From positions 25,296,001 to 25,360,000 of the forward strand of contig OX597814.1 of assembly GCA_951406725.2 (NCBI GenBank): a stretch of DNA of 64,000 bases. Direction: 5' to 3'. Below, one piece after another: positions 28,983 through 42,841 of the stretch; the first letter of the stretch is position 1; every line of letters begins with the position of its first letter. A program made the translations under genes and the position numbers. The notes under the pieces were generated by a model, which saw nothing but the letters and a program-made list of their open reading frames with translations, searched no databases and was not told the origin of the DNA. The DNA comes from Octopus vulgaris. Its lineage: Eukaryota.

Positions 28983-31148
28983 CATTCTTAATAGGAAAGT
29001 ATACTACACCACTTCTCTAATACTTTATCTCTATATATATACATTTATATATGGATGCCTGCGTGTATGTATGTATGTATGTATGTATGTATGTATGTAT
29101 GTATGTATGTATGTATGTATGTACGTACGTACGTACCTATGTATATACCGACACGCACACACACGTACACACACACATATACTAATTTGTAATGGCATAG
29201 TGTGGTACAGTAGGCTGTGAGGCACATGTTGATTGGCTACAGATATGCATAATCTTAACTAATTAGGTTAGGTTTCTTAATTTGGATGGTCAAATTGTGA
29301 TATCACTTGGTGTAGTAGTTTGCACGGCTATATGATTTACAGCAGTCATAACATTCTGATCCCGTTGGTAATCACCAACAACATCTTTTCTGTCTACTTT
29401 TATATTCCATGTATTTATTTAAATATATGGACACACACACACACACACGCACTCAAATACACACATACATACTCATACACACAAACGCATACACACAAGC
29501 ATATATGGAATGAGTAGTGTACTAGCCTGCATTACACAATACAGGTAAATTTAGAGAGCTCAGCAATTAGTTCCACATTAAACTCATTTCCCTATATGCT
29601 ATGAATTCAGTCACCACATCTGAAGAAAGGCTAAAATGCAGTTTCCAAGCTACATTACAAAATAAGTAACACAGGAAACAGTTTTGTGCTGAAATAACAA
29701 GGAAATGAGCTCCTAACACATTGAAACACCTGTACTAAAGCTTAAAAATGTCAAAAATATTGTTTACACTCGTTTTTATATATATATATATATACATATA
29801 TATAGCTTTTCCTGATGCTAGCCACTCTGAGAGTGCAATGGGTGCTTTTATGTGCCACTATACCTATTACACTCTTGGAGTGGTTGGCATTAAGAAGGGC
29901 ATCCTGTTGTAGGAAACTATGCCAAATCAGACTGGAGTCTGATACAGCCTTCCAGCTTACCAAACTGAAAATTAAAATGCATCAAATTTTGCAGTAGTTT
30001 CATTTTGTGACAAATTCCGGATCGGTGCTGTATTTATAGATTGCGGATTTGGTTTGGGTTTGCTTAGTTTATATGTGGTGTGGAATAGAGTTAGTCTGTT
30101 TATTGGGTGCAGGTTCTGTTTTGTTTATTTTTTATCCATCTTGAATGAAGATATATAAACAGATGTTTATAATGCTTGGGAAGTGAAAAAGTCTTTAACA
30201 TTTTGGGCCTATACTCTTCCACAGAAAGGAACACAGAAAGAAATAAGGAGAGAAAATAAAGAATGTGTAGTTGCTAGCGATATATATATATACATTAGAT
30301 AATGTGGTCCTAGATGATCATATAGAAGAAACTGAACAGTCATGGTTGGAATGCATTTGAATTAACCTGGAACTAATCAAGAACAACATACACTCATAAT
30401 CAATGCTGTAAAAGACATACACATAGACATATGATAGACCAGCTTTCATTCAGTAATACTTGTCATTTTCCCATTGTCAGATTTCATACTCATTCTGTTT
30501 AATCTAATACTCTGACAATGGCCTCTAACCATTTGAATTTCTGATTTATATCTTTCCTTGTAGTTGAATAACTCTCTTCTATCAATACACTCAATCACAT
30601 GCTAATATCCGATACTAAACATTGTGTCATGTCTTCTTTTACATAATTAGATAGTCTTAGAACTTTATCTTTCAGGTCTCATTTCCCTTCCAGCTACACA
30701 CCTATAACAATGAAGATTGTCTATCCTCAGAATAAATAATAAATAATGTCTTCATTCATATTTACCATTATTTCCAAACAAATGATCTCTTCTGATTTCA
30801 GTCCATAAGATATTTGACCCAGTTACCTACTTCGTGTTTATTATTATATTATTCATTCATTATAATGTTATGTGAGAACAAGATCATTAGCTATCCTTTT
30901 ACTCATCTCTTCAAAAAGTAAACAAATATCTATAGGAGAAAAAAAAGTTAATTCATTATATCGTTACTTTAACTACAAACAACAAACAGAATCCATTTCA
31001 TCCCTTATGAGAAAAGAAATGGAGTTTATTTTATTTTTATTTTTTTTTTGCAGTTCAAGATAAATTTGAACATTTGTATTTGTTAGAGAAACTTTTTGCT
31101 TTTTACAGAATATTGTAAAAAATGCTCTTTCTACATCTAAACATTTAA

Positions 31149-31369
31149 CCCTTCAGCATTCAGATTATTCTGTCAAATGTAAAGCTTATGTATTCACACC
31201 ATGTAAAATTAATCTTACATCATTTCATGGCTTTGAGATTTCAATGATGTGATTGTTTATTTTTAAAAATGACACAATAAGGTAGCTATGAATGACCATA
31301 TCTGACTAGTTTGAACATAAAACAGGTAGAATATTTTGGCCGGACAGGGCCGGTTTAAACACTAAAGGG
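31149..31369. mobile_element. piggyBac-like MITE
   Basis: TTAA|CCCTTCAGCATT ... AACACTAAAGGG|TTAA: TTAA TSDs (31145-31148, 31370-31373) and CCC/GGG termini. Confidence 0.85.
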
Positions 31370-32224
31370 TTAAGCAAGAAAACAAATGGAAGCAGGCATC
31401 AAACAGGCAGATCAAGTCCCACAGAATCAGAGGAAAATAAAACTGTTTTGAAGTATTGAATTAATAACTTTAGAGTAAGTCAAGTTAATGATTATCATGG
31501 ACAGTTAAAAGGATAGTTTAAAATAATTAGGAAATAAATAAATTACTACATCAGTCAATGGTTTATGTTATTTGAATTATTCTGGCAAGTGCAGAAGAGA
31601 ATTCCAAAGAATTCTTGGTTTTATTATTTCTCTTTAGAAAAACACAGAACACACAATACCAGCTGCCACAGCGACAATAGAAACACTTTGTAGAAGCTCA
31701 ATACTATACATAAGTAGGTGTGGAAAGTAACATATTTAAGAGAATAGATTATTGAAAGAAATTCCTCGGGGACACTATCTACATAAACAATAGTTAAGTT
31801 AATAACTCAATGTATAACAGTAAATATTGCAAAACTAACAAGAAATAATTACATTATGAGGAAAAGATAAAATTAGGGAATGACTGATATTATTGTTGTT
31901 GTCAAGTTATTGCAGTGGCTCCTAACCCTTTTAATCATATGAGTTTTCCCACTGACCCCTTTTAATATGCTCATCCTTATGTGTATATATATATACACAC
32001 ACATAACGTCCAACCCATGCTAGCATGGAAAACGGATGCTAAATGATGATGATGATAAGGATGAGCATTGAAGTGACCAGCTGGGTTTGCCATTTCTAAA
32101 AGCCAAGAATCATTTACTATTGAAAGACTGACCAGCTGCATAGATGTCAACACATTTTTTTCTTCTTTCTCTCCTCCTTCTTTCTTTCCTTCTCTATTCC
32201 ATTGACACTTCTTTCAGATACAAA

Positions 32225-32281
<57 letters not shown>

Positions 32282-32604
32282 TTTCTCCCCATTCCTCACC
32301 CTCTTGTACTATCTTATATTTCTCTCCACCCCTACACACTCAATAATACTATAAAAAGAGACAAAATTCCTGAAAATGTTCAATCTGATGACTCCACTAG
32401 AGTGGACGCAAGTGCTAATATATGATTTATAAAAACATGTGACATATTAATAAATATCTGTAAATATAAAACCATCCAGATTTCTGAGTACTTCATTTCT
32501 TCTAATATATACCTGTACATCATCTCCAAACCTTCTAATATATATGTGTGCATGTGTGTGTGTGTGTGTGAGTGTGTGTGTATGAAGTATTGAATTTAGT
32601 TCAC

Positions 32605-32668
32605 AGGCCCCAAAGTACTATCTTTGCAGACCACCAGGGATCCACAGACCACAGGTTTAGAACCACTG
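32605..32668. mobile_element. hAT-Charlie (MER5-like) MITE end fragment
   Basis: GGGATCCACAGACCACAGGTTTAGAACCACTG terminus, similar to 23093-23112. Confidence 0.55.
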
Positions 32669-34824
32669 AGTTAGTATATGCTAATTTAATTAGCAGGAAT
32701 GTCAACTTGCAATTTGGTGACAACAATCTCCTCAAATCTTGAGACAACTCCAGATATGTCTCAGTATTGTTAGGAGATCTCAAAGCAAAACAGAAACATC
32801 ACTATACTTACAGAAAAAAATACTAAGTAGATGTATATCATTGTACATGTTATTATAATTAAAACAGTATTAATCATTGACTAATACTGTTTTTTCCTCA
32901 CCAACAATTATTTTGCATTAGCTTTTTAATGCTCATAATATTTCATACATGAACTCTTACTTGACTATTGTTCTACTTGCAAGATGGAATCCCTGAGTAA
33001 TTTCAGTAAATTACTTTATAATAACTATACATATGCCCATATATGCTGTATGTTTATCTTAGAAGTTTTGTACTTCAGAAAACTATATTTGGTTTCAATG
33101 TAGTTCAAAGAAGCCACTGAAGATGATAGTTCTAAAAATACTTTTAAAACTATTTTGTTTTATTAGTAGAGAAATTTAATATTTTTGTGAACATATGAGT
33201 TGAAAAGCTTTGTCTAGGATTATGTTTAAAATTCAAATTTAGTTTATTTGTTGTGTATTTTTATTGATCTGTATTTACTGCATTACAACTCGTCAATTTA
33301 ACGAATTTATAGGAAGCACATAATTATTAATATCTACCAGTATAGCAGCAATAAATATAATTAATTTCTTTTTGTCTTCAAAACATAAGTTAAAACAAAA
33401 CTTGTTAATGCTTTAAACTTGTTACTTTGGTTCATGGTTTAAGTACCTATGAGAATATTATTCCCCAAAGAAATATATTATTTGGGGCCATCTTTTATTG
33501 GTTTTATTATTTTGAAAAAGAAAAAAAAGAATAAATCATTAGCAAAAACATGGTAATAAATATAAAAATTAGACTTGAAAGAAGTTTTCAAATTTTCTTG
33601 TTGAAACTATATGCTATCGCTACTTTCAACAAGTAAGTGATAATCTTTCTAAACTGAAATTGAAATAATCATGTAAAGAAATAACCACATCCAATTTCAC
33701 CACAAAAATCAATATATTACAGAAATATTAAAAACAAAAACAAACTGAAAGACTATTAATTTTTTTTCCTTTGGGAAATTTTATAAATGCTGGTTGAAAT
33801 TTTCTATGTATTTTTTTTTTCTACAATATTTTATTTTTAATTTCCTCCCCTCACCATACATTTTGAAAACATAGATGAGAGGTTATGTTTAAAGACTCTG
33901 AGCTGATAAATAAAAATTCTTTAGATAATTTTTTTGCATTAGGTTGAATTCATACATTTTTAATGCTTTTTTCTCCCCCTTTTTTTTTTATGTGTTTCAT
34001 ATAATTACAAAAGTTGAAGAATTTTACTTGGTTACTCTGAAAGTTTGGTAATATCATATCACAGAAATATTATCATCATGAACGTTTAGAAAAAAATGCA
34101 CCAGATCAATATTCATATCAAGCAAATTCTATACTTGGAATCAATTTCCTGAATTATCTTTATCACAAGTATTAATTAATAAAGGATAGGAGTTTTGTTA
34201 TTCATATTTTACCCAGGAGCATTAGCGATACAAATTAAATGAGACCAACCAGGAAATGAAGCTAGGGTTTGCAAAAGTAGGTCTTCGGTTCACCAAAACA
34301 TAAAATCCACTCTACCATATATGTGAGTAGACTATGCTCTGCTACTGAGATCTAACAGACTGAAACATATCAAAGAACAAGCATTCTTTATCTTAAATAT
34401 GTAAATTAGCTTTGAGAAATTAATTTTGATTTCTTTAAATCATGTTCCATTTTTCAGAGTTCTGAACAATTGCCACTAGGTTTATATTTTCTTTCTCCAT
34501 TTAAGACAGAAAATTCAATTAATTAGTTATTTTCCAAAGTATCTATTTCTGGGGTCTTACACTTTGATTTCAAATATCATATCACATCATGTCAGTTTCA
34601 TCTTCCACCTTTCTGTAGTTGATAAAACAAATAGTTTTATCAAGTACTTTTCTGAAGACCTCACCCATTTTCCTGCACTCAGCAGGTCCATAAGTATAAA
34701 TTCTCTGCACAAACCTGTCATATTCGCTATCCATTTCAATTTCAAACTTTATTTCTGTCAACACACGATAATTCCCTTTAGCATGAAGTCCCATTCACAG
34801 AATCACTGACTCATAAACTGCCAG

Positions 34825-35145
34825 CCCATTGAGCTGATAAGGGACCTCAAAAAGCTTGTTAGAAATAGCAGCTAAATTCCCTCAGATCACATCCTATCTT
34901 ATTAAAATATGACTACCAAATCTACCAGCCTAATGAGCCAATAAAGAACCTCAATCAACCTATTAAAAGTAGCAGCCAATTTCCCTCAAATCACATCCTT
35001 CCGTATTAGAGGTTAATTCGGACAGTGTTATTTTTAATAAAGTTTCAATAAGGTTTATAATAAAAAAGGAGAAGATGTTTAAGGCTGCAGTGTCTGTGCT
35101 CTGCTTGATCAAAGCTGGCCTGGGGCTAAAAAGAAAACAATGCTT
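34825..35145 (+). mobile_element. decayed SINE-like repeat (family D), internally duplicated
   Basis: Motif TAGCAGC(T/C)AA(A/T)TTCCCTCA(G/A)ATCACATCCT occurs twice (about 34866 and 34970). Related pieces at about 2450, 30290 and 54520-54735. Confidence 0.5.
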
Positions 35146-36931
35146 GAAATATTGCGATGTTGTTGGTTGGAACATCTTTGATTTTATGTAACCTGTATCG
35201 TGATTGACCTGTGGCTAATCAATAGTAGTTACAAGCCTATTACTTTTTAATCTAGTGATCCTATTGTGCACAGCTTTGAATTTCTTTCCCTTCTTAAAAT
35301 CATAGACATGGTTTCCATACTTTGACAAAATCACTGTAGACTTCATTATTTTATGATAAGTTGAGGAACTTAACCCTAAGAGATCAACTATCACTGATAT
35401 CAACTTTGCCTTTTATTCTTCCCAAGTCAATACCAGACAAGTAAATACCGGACTTGTTATCGTATAGCTCCAGGTCACTTTAATCAAACAGCTCTAAAAA
35501 GATTTTGCAGTCATGATCATCCCAATTTTTTTCAAAGTTTTTTTTTTTAATTTATTTTGTTACAGTCAATATATCCAGGATCACATTATGGTTTGTGTGA
35601 TTCATGGTAGATTTGATTGCTATTCCTAGCTGGCAAATGATCACCTTAAAGTACCTTTGATGCTTACAATGGTCACAGATTGGTGGAATCAATAAAGACA
35701 AAATGTCTTGTAGTATTCTAACTTAATATTCCACCAGAATTAACTTCACCTTTCATCTTTTCTTGTTCAATAAAACAAAATACCAGCCAAGTATTGGGGA
35801 TCGATAAAAGACAACTCCACCACACCTAAAATTATACCTATGTTAGAAATCATTATTACTACAAACATAATCTTCATAATTCAATCTTCTAATGAAATCT
35901 AATTTTACTATTGTATCCAAAAATAACAATACTAATACAAGTTTATAGTTTATTTTTCTCTTTTTCTCAATTTCATTTTCATGCTTGTTTGTATCTTTAC
36001 ATGTGAATGCATAATTAACCCTCAAAGCAATTAAAACAAATGAAGAAATTTTTGAAAAGAAGAAAAAAAATTCAAAACAAAAAAGTACAAGCAAAATTAA
36101 GCTGTTTTCATGCAAACAATTCAGAGTGATTAATTTAAATTGTGTAAAAAGAATGGCATTATTTTGAATTAACTTCCTGTCTGATAGGTGATTTTCTTGA
36201 AATAAATACATTATTCCTTATAAAATATTAATGGAATTGTTCATGTTTTCAAAGAAACATCAAGCCCATTATAAAACAAATAGCTTCAAGGCCAACAGGA
36301 TTAGTGAACAGCTATGACATTGTTAAATTTACGGATTATTAACCAAAGAAGAAATATGATTTGAAAAGGATTGCGAAAGTGTTTTCTGAATAACATACAG
36401 GTAAGAGCTCCCAGCTAGATGAGTCTGCAACACAGATTTATTTCCTGCTTGAGTAATTTCACTTCTTTTATTCTTCAAAGCATACAATTTTCTGGTTGGT
36501 AATTAACAATAATTTCTAACATAGACATAAAGCTAGAAATTTTGAAAGAGAGAACAGTTAATTATATCAACCTCAGTTCTTGATTTGGACTTTATATTAT
36601 CTAACCAAAAAGAGAAAGACAAAAATGACTATGACAGGATTTGAACTCAGAACATGGTAACTGCACACTCCAAAGCATTTTATCAGATTCCTAACTGATT
36701 CTGCCAGCCCATTGCCTAGCCTGCTAATTAATAATGACAGCTAGGGTTCAAAAGAGGGACTCACTCCACTTGATAGGGCATATAATGTATGAAGACCTTT
36801 ACAGAGTGTAAATGTCACTGCAAAGGTCAATGGCTTTAGAAAAAAATAAATAATCTGGTGGATAACCATGGAGCTTTAGCTTTGGTTACTAAGGTTTAGT
36901 ATGTTTAACACAAAATTTTGGCTTGTAGACC

Positions 36932-36953
36932 ATCCTCCTCCTCCTCCTCCTCC

Positions 36954-37034
<81 letters not shown>

Positions 37035-37055
37035 CCAACAACATCAACATCATCA
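36932..37055. repeat. (CCT)n(CAT)n compound microsatellite
   Basis: Directly visible. Confidence 0.95.
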
Positions 37056-37632
37056 TATATACTATATATAAAGGTAAGATCCATGGATCCAGGTGCAGGA
37101 AGTTAGTAAGCTTCAGGCAGTCCACAGAATGTATAAAAAAACATGCATTTTCAATCAAATCTCCTACAAGTTGACATGGGATCCCTTGACAACAATGTAA
37201 CCTTCATTTGACTAAGGTATCGTTGGCCTGATGAGTAGCTTGTGGAGTACCCCTCATTGTGTAATTACTACTTCTGGGGTCTTGCTAGCTAGGGAACATA
37301 TGTAGCCTTGATTTTACCTACTCCAGTCCCTAAATTTAAGTTTTTATTCATACATATACAAACAGAAGTTTCACTTGGGTTATAAACTCATAGCCTTAAC
37401 ACAGTACTGTTTGCTTGTAGTGTAAGATTAGTGTATTTCTCAAAAAGTAATACTTACTTTGAACACTCAATGGTTTTACACTTATGCACATATTATTCAT
37501 GTAAGTGCTTCTACATATACTCTGTTTTCTATCTTGCCATATTTATCACTGAGAATGTAGAGTTTCTTTTCATCTCCAACTCTAGAACATCCAACATACA
37601 GCTGACCATGTGAGAAGCATGGTTGAAGGAGG

Positions 37633-38385
37633 TTAGGTCCCATCACCTTTAGAGATTGACCTTGTGCTTTGTTTTAGTTTCTTCTGGTTCAAGAATTTTG
37701 GTGACTCATTTGACAGAGGTAGTAGAGAGCCAATCTGATGATAAATCTGCCCTTGGATTTTAAAAGTTTGCCTTAATCCTGGCTCGGTTATTTGTCTTGT
37801 GGCTCCAAATGATGTCATCTGTAGTGCAGCCTTGTATTGTTGAATTTTGTCCTGTAAGTGCTTAGAATCTTGGTCAGTTGATGACAACAGTTTCTTCAGT
37901 GGCTCTGCAGGTTGGGGAAGTGCAAGGAGTTTATAATCTTTCCACTGCAGCAGCACAGGTGTCTCTCCAGACCACTTCCTTCCTTTATAGCGTATGCACT
38001 CAGTTGTCATTGTACCAATGGAAATTTTAGTGTTGCCTGCATAATTAACTGCTGGATCATAGTTGAAAGCTACTTCATAGAAGTTGCTTCTCTGAGCTTT
38101 TGTAACTGCTCTTCCTTCTGCAGTAGCGATTCTATTCCTTGTCAGGTATGCATAACTCTGTTCAGAACTTTCAGATGCTCAGGCAGCACCAGTACGCAAC
38201 TGTTTTTTTTTTTTTTTGCACAACAATTGTCTCATCATTCTCAGACGCTCTGGCTGCTGTAGTGCACAGTCTGTTTCTTTCTTGGCATACTTCCCTTTTT
38301 CAACTGTCTCTCTTTCCCTCAGCAAAGACATTCTTTTGTCTGACCTTGATACTGGAGACAACTTTGATACCTTCCTTCTAGGCAA
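37633..38385 (-). pseudogene. Helitron Rep/Helicase N-terminal fragment
   Basis: ORF 37633-38010 reads KWSGET...LPQPAEPLKKLL...SKHLQDKIQQYKAALQMTSFGA...TFKIQGQIYHQIGSLLP...PKFL, the conserved region upstream of the Helitron Rep domain. Basic N-terminus MPRRK at 38385; frameshifted and truncated. Confidence 0.88.
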
Positions 38386-38814
38386 GGTTATTTACGGATA
38401 CACAAATACACTGGTACAGAAGATTGTAAACAATGAAAGTAGCTGTAATAAAGTTTTTGGTATCAGAAATCGTTACAATGGTAAACACTAGATAGAATGG
38501 TTGACAGAATAAAGAGAGACCAATAGAGTAAGAGAGAGAAAGAGAGGAAGTACAGTGAGAAGTTAGATAAGGAATGTGCCTCCCAAATATTAAAATAGGT
38601 ATTATAAAATCGAAATAAGTCGAGTTATTGGTAGAGAGGGGAAGGAGGAGAGGGGAGTGAGAGAGTGAATAGTGAAGAAGGAAGAGGAGAGGGTGAATAA
38701 GGAAGAGAAGTGAGAGAGAGAGTGAAGAAGGAAGCAGGGTGGGAGAAAGTACATTTAGTAAAGAAGTGAATCATATATATATATATAAAACAATATTATT
38801 TATTTTTCAATAAA

Positions 38815-38932
38815 AATATAAATCAAGACTATATTATTGCGTCTCAGATCAAATTATTCCTGTGCTCCAAATATGGTACTAATTCATGCAGTTGTTTTCC
38901 TGTGAAAAGTGAGCACACACAAAGATAAACAG
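38815..38932 (-). mobile_element. Helitron 5' subterminal segment
   Basis: Lies upstream of the Rep fragment and is homologous to 46570-46690 (AATCAAGAC.ATATTATTG...CAAATTATTC...GTGAAAAGTGA.CACACA). Confidence 0.65.
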
Positions 38933-38969
38933 ATAGCTAGCTAGCTAGCTAGCTAGCTAGCTAGATAGC

Positions 38970-39030
<61 letters not shown>
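38931..39030. repeat. (GCTA)n/(GATA)n array
   Basis: Directly visible; abuts the 3' end of the Tx1-like element. Confidence 0.97.
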
Positions 39031-39032
<2 letters not shown>

Positions 39033-39337
39033 CTTTCTTTTATTAGCCACACAGGGCTGAATACAGAGGGGACAAATAAAAATGCAGAGCTTTTCTTTTC
39101 GAGGGTGGAAAAAAAAGAAAATAAATGTAAGATTGCGATCAAAAGGGATCGAGAGGAGGAAAAAAAAAGGAAGAAAAAGGAAATCGTGTATCACAGAAAT
39201 AATGATATAAACATTGATATAACAAGATTGTGTTCATCCGTGGGAAGAAAAGCCTACAGAAAAGACCACGGGAACCCCAGTCAGGGAGGAAATAACCACA
39301 TGAGATCAAAATGCTCTCTTTCTTTCTTTTTCACGAT

Positions 39338-42300
39338 CTACAGGATCATGCTCAAAATGGTTTCGTTACTAGCACGCACCATCTTTGCAACATTCACCCA
39401 TCTTTTTTTGAATCTTTCGCGAGACAAAACTTCCCTCTCCATTCTCACCTTCCTTTTCAAGTGGTACTTGAAAAAGTTGATGAGCGATTGGCCAGAGAGG
39501 TAAGTGTTTGTCTCTAATCCTTTCGCTCGAGTCCACCACACACATTCTTTCACCATGGCCACCAGTACGATGAAAACTGCCTTGCCTTCCCGGTTGAGGG
39601 AAGGGGGCGGAGCAATTCTCAAGATAGACTCGGCCGATAGGCGGATTCGTCCCACACGTGACAGCAGCCGTTCGGCATAAGCCCACAGGTCGGAAATGGT
39701 TGGACATTGCACGAGTGCGTGCAGAACGGTTTCGTCGCTCTGACCGCATCTCGGGCAAGTCGGTCCAGTGTGTCTGGAACCGTGTCTGTAGAGCTTATCC
39801 CGAACAGGTAATGCTTCTCGATAGCACTGCCAAGCCAGGGATCTTTGGTGATTGTTCATAGGTCCCGGCCCGAAAGTTGTCCTGAACAGGCGGGTCAGGT
39901 GTTCCTCGTCGACGCCCAGACTCTGCCCGAGTTCGTCGTCGCACCTCCCCTCCACTAATCCTCTATAGAATGCCTTTGTTGTGATGGAGTCGCATAAGTT
40001 CGATCCCGGACGGCAGAGTTGCTTGAGAGCAACGCGACACTCACGGTGCCATTCGCCTAGCCTCGGTCTCTGCTTGATCCATGACTGTAGTTCGTCCAAG
40101 GAGACGAGCTGCGGGAAAGCGCGCCGCACAAAAGGCGACCACACCTGTTCACCGTTGTCTATGAAGCGCCGGAGATGTCGCAGTCTCAGCGCATGTCTGC
40201 GCATCATCAACCACGGCATGCCCAGCCCTCCATTTAGCGGGCGTTGGCAGCAAATGGATCGCCTAACCATCGGAACGTTTCCCTTCCACAAGAAGCGGAA
40301 GAGTATGCGTTCCAGTTTGGTGATGGTAGGGTCGGGACAAGGTACGACGGTCAGACGATACTCGATGACGGATGCGATGTACGCGTTCGCCACCTCCGCC
40401 CGACCTTTTAGGGATAGCTTTCTCTCAGCCCATTTCTGGGTGAGAGTAGCCACCCTAGTCGTTATCTCGCCCCAGTTCTTCTCCATTTGGAGGTCCGGAC
40501 CGAACCAGACCCCGAGCAATTTAACCGGTCCGTCCGTCCAGCGTCCCACGATGGAGACACTGTTGGACGGCATGGGCTTGCTTCTCCAGGTGCCGAGCCG
40601 CAAGCCCACTGACTTTTCCCGGTTAATTTTTGCTCCCGTTACCGCTTCGTATTCTTTTAGTGTCTCGCCGACCAGCTCGATGTGCTCGTAGCTCGACACT
40701 ATGACGGTGACGTCATCCGCGTATGCAGACACGCTCCTCCCGCATCCCAGCTCTCGTGGGATGCCCCTCAGCGTCGCCAGTTTCCGCAGTAGTGGCTCAA
40801 GAGTCAGTACATACAGCAGCGATGAGAGGGGGCATCCCTGACGAACCGAACGCATGATGTTAAAAGGTCTGGATAGATGACCATTTACGCGAACTACTGA
40901 GCGGATGCCGCTGTATAAGGCAGCGATCCAACCGCGGAAAACTGGACCGAAACCAGCCGCTTTAAGGACAGCCTCCAAGTAGTGATGGTCTACCCTATCG
41001 AAGGCTTTTGATTGATCCAAATTGATCAGCGCCCCACCCATGCCAGGATTTTTAACTACCCTGTCTATGATGTAGCGCATCAGATGGAGGTTGTCATGAA
41101 TACTTCTACCCGGCACGGCGCATGTTTGCGCCTTGTCGATTAGTTTCTTGATGACAAGCGCCAACCTCTCGGCTAACACCTTGGCCAAAATTTTCAAATC
41201 TGCGTTGAGCAGAGTGATGGGCCTGAAATTATCTATGACGTCCCCCTTGTTTGGGTCTTTCTTGATCAGTGCCACTGCTCCTCGCTTTACAAAAGCAGGA
41301 ATACTCCCGTTCCGCTGCCAGTTGCAGTAGACAGCTGCCAAGACGCCTCCAAACAAGTCTGGCATATGAAAATAAAGTTCGTATGGCAGACCATCCAAGC
41401 CTGGTGACTTGTCTCTCGCGCAGCCTACCATCGCATCCTGTACGTCCGCAGCTGTGATAGGCTTTTCACAAGACTCCACCTCTCTTGCTGAGAGTCGTGG
41501 CAAGGCATACAGGTAGGCACTAAAATCCACTCTGCGTTCTGACTCACCACTTGTCCCAAACAGTTGGGTGAAGTGTTGTTGAAAAGCCCCACACATCCTT
41601 TTAGGCTCGAGCAATTCGCGCCCCTGTTCATCTATAAGAGACTTGATGGTTGCTCTGTTGCCTCGTTGCGTCTCCACCACTCGGGCCTCTTGGGCGGCTC
41701 CAACTCCTTCGTTTCTCAGAGCACGCATCCTAGCTCTGACAACGCATCCCTCGTGTTTGGCGTTGAGGTGTTGGTCGAGGGCCAATCTCGCCGCCAGCAC
41801 GTTGGACGCGATGCCAGTTCTAAGTGCCTCTTCTAAAACCTTAACTAATTCTCCCTCTATTCTATTTCGGTCTAATGCTAGGGCTCTACTGTATCTGACT
41901 GATTCTGCTTTAATTGCTTTTTTTAGGGCATACCACCATCTGTTGTTGATGATGGTACCCGTCAAAGCTCTCTTAACTAATGTGCTGATCCGGTCCCTGT
42001 AAACCTGTCGTGCTGTAAAAGACGCGTTCAGTTTCCAGTAACCAGGACCCTGCCTATGTGTCTTATCTAAGTCAAGTGTACAAGTCACAAACTTGTGATC
42101 TGTGTAACTGACTATATGAAATTATGGACAACCTACACTATTTTTATCTATTGTCCTACAGAATACTCTATCTAAGTATGATCTGGACGACCCGATGCGG
42201 TTACTCCATGTCCACATTGGCACATTCGGGTGGTCCAGTCGGTACCTGTCAGACAGTTGGAAACGTCTGAGCAGGTCTTTGAGGCATTTGCATCCCCTTC

Positions 42301-42775
42301 TATTGCTATCTCTGCCCACGTAGTCTAGATGCGTGTCCAGGGTGGCATTCCAATCCCCCACTAAAAGTAAAGGACGAGACGTTCCCATGAAAGACTCTAG
42401 ACGTCGAAAGAAATCTGGTCGGCCTGTTAAGGACGGAGCATAAACTGCTATCAGTCGAAAAGCACACTCATTGCTGCCATCGACATCCAAAACGACCAGC
42501 CTACCCTCCGGGTCTAGGAAATTTGCTCTTACTTTGAGATCCAGACTCTTCCGGATAAGCACCGCGGTGCCACCTCCGCCCATTCTCGGTAGACACGGAG
42601 AAAAATAAATGTTGAAATGTGTACCGAAAATGTGCTGAAGTGCCCGCAAGCTGTGGAGTCTGGTCTCACTGATGGCTATGATATTCAGATTTAGTGATTT
42701 GATGTCATTTAACAGGTAGCCTTGTTTCCAAGGCGACCCCAAACCACGTACATTTATACTGCCTATTCTGAGCAT
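39338..42775 (-). pseudogene. ORF2 (APE endonuclease-reverse transcriptase-CCHC), one in-frame TAA at 42122-42124
   Basis: Endonuclease motifs SINVRGL, ISET, VYAP, GDWN, SYLDR, and TDH just after the stop. RT motifs YWKLN, KSPGLDG, FRPITLLNADLKILAK, LDQSKAFDRVDH, RQGCPLS, YADD. C-terminal CPRC..ETVLHALVQC. ORFs 42122-42817 and 39338-42088 are in the same frame. Confidence 0.95.
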
Positions 42776-42841
42776 GTTCCGATAAAATTGTGTTTTACAC
42801 ACGAAAAGAAAGTGCAAAAAAGGAAAGAGAGAGAGAAAAGG

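Noticed and set aside
34582-34794. 70-aa natural-looking minus-strand ORF as a possible host exon
   Set aside because: No recognisable domain or convincing splice sites; cannot be supported without a homology search or RNA-seq.
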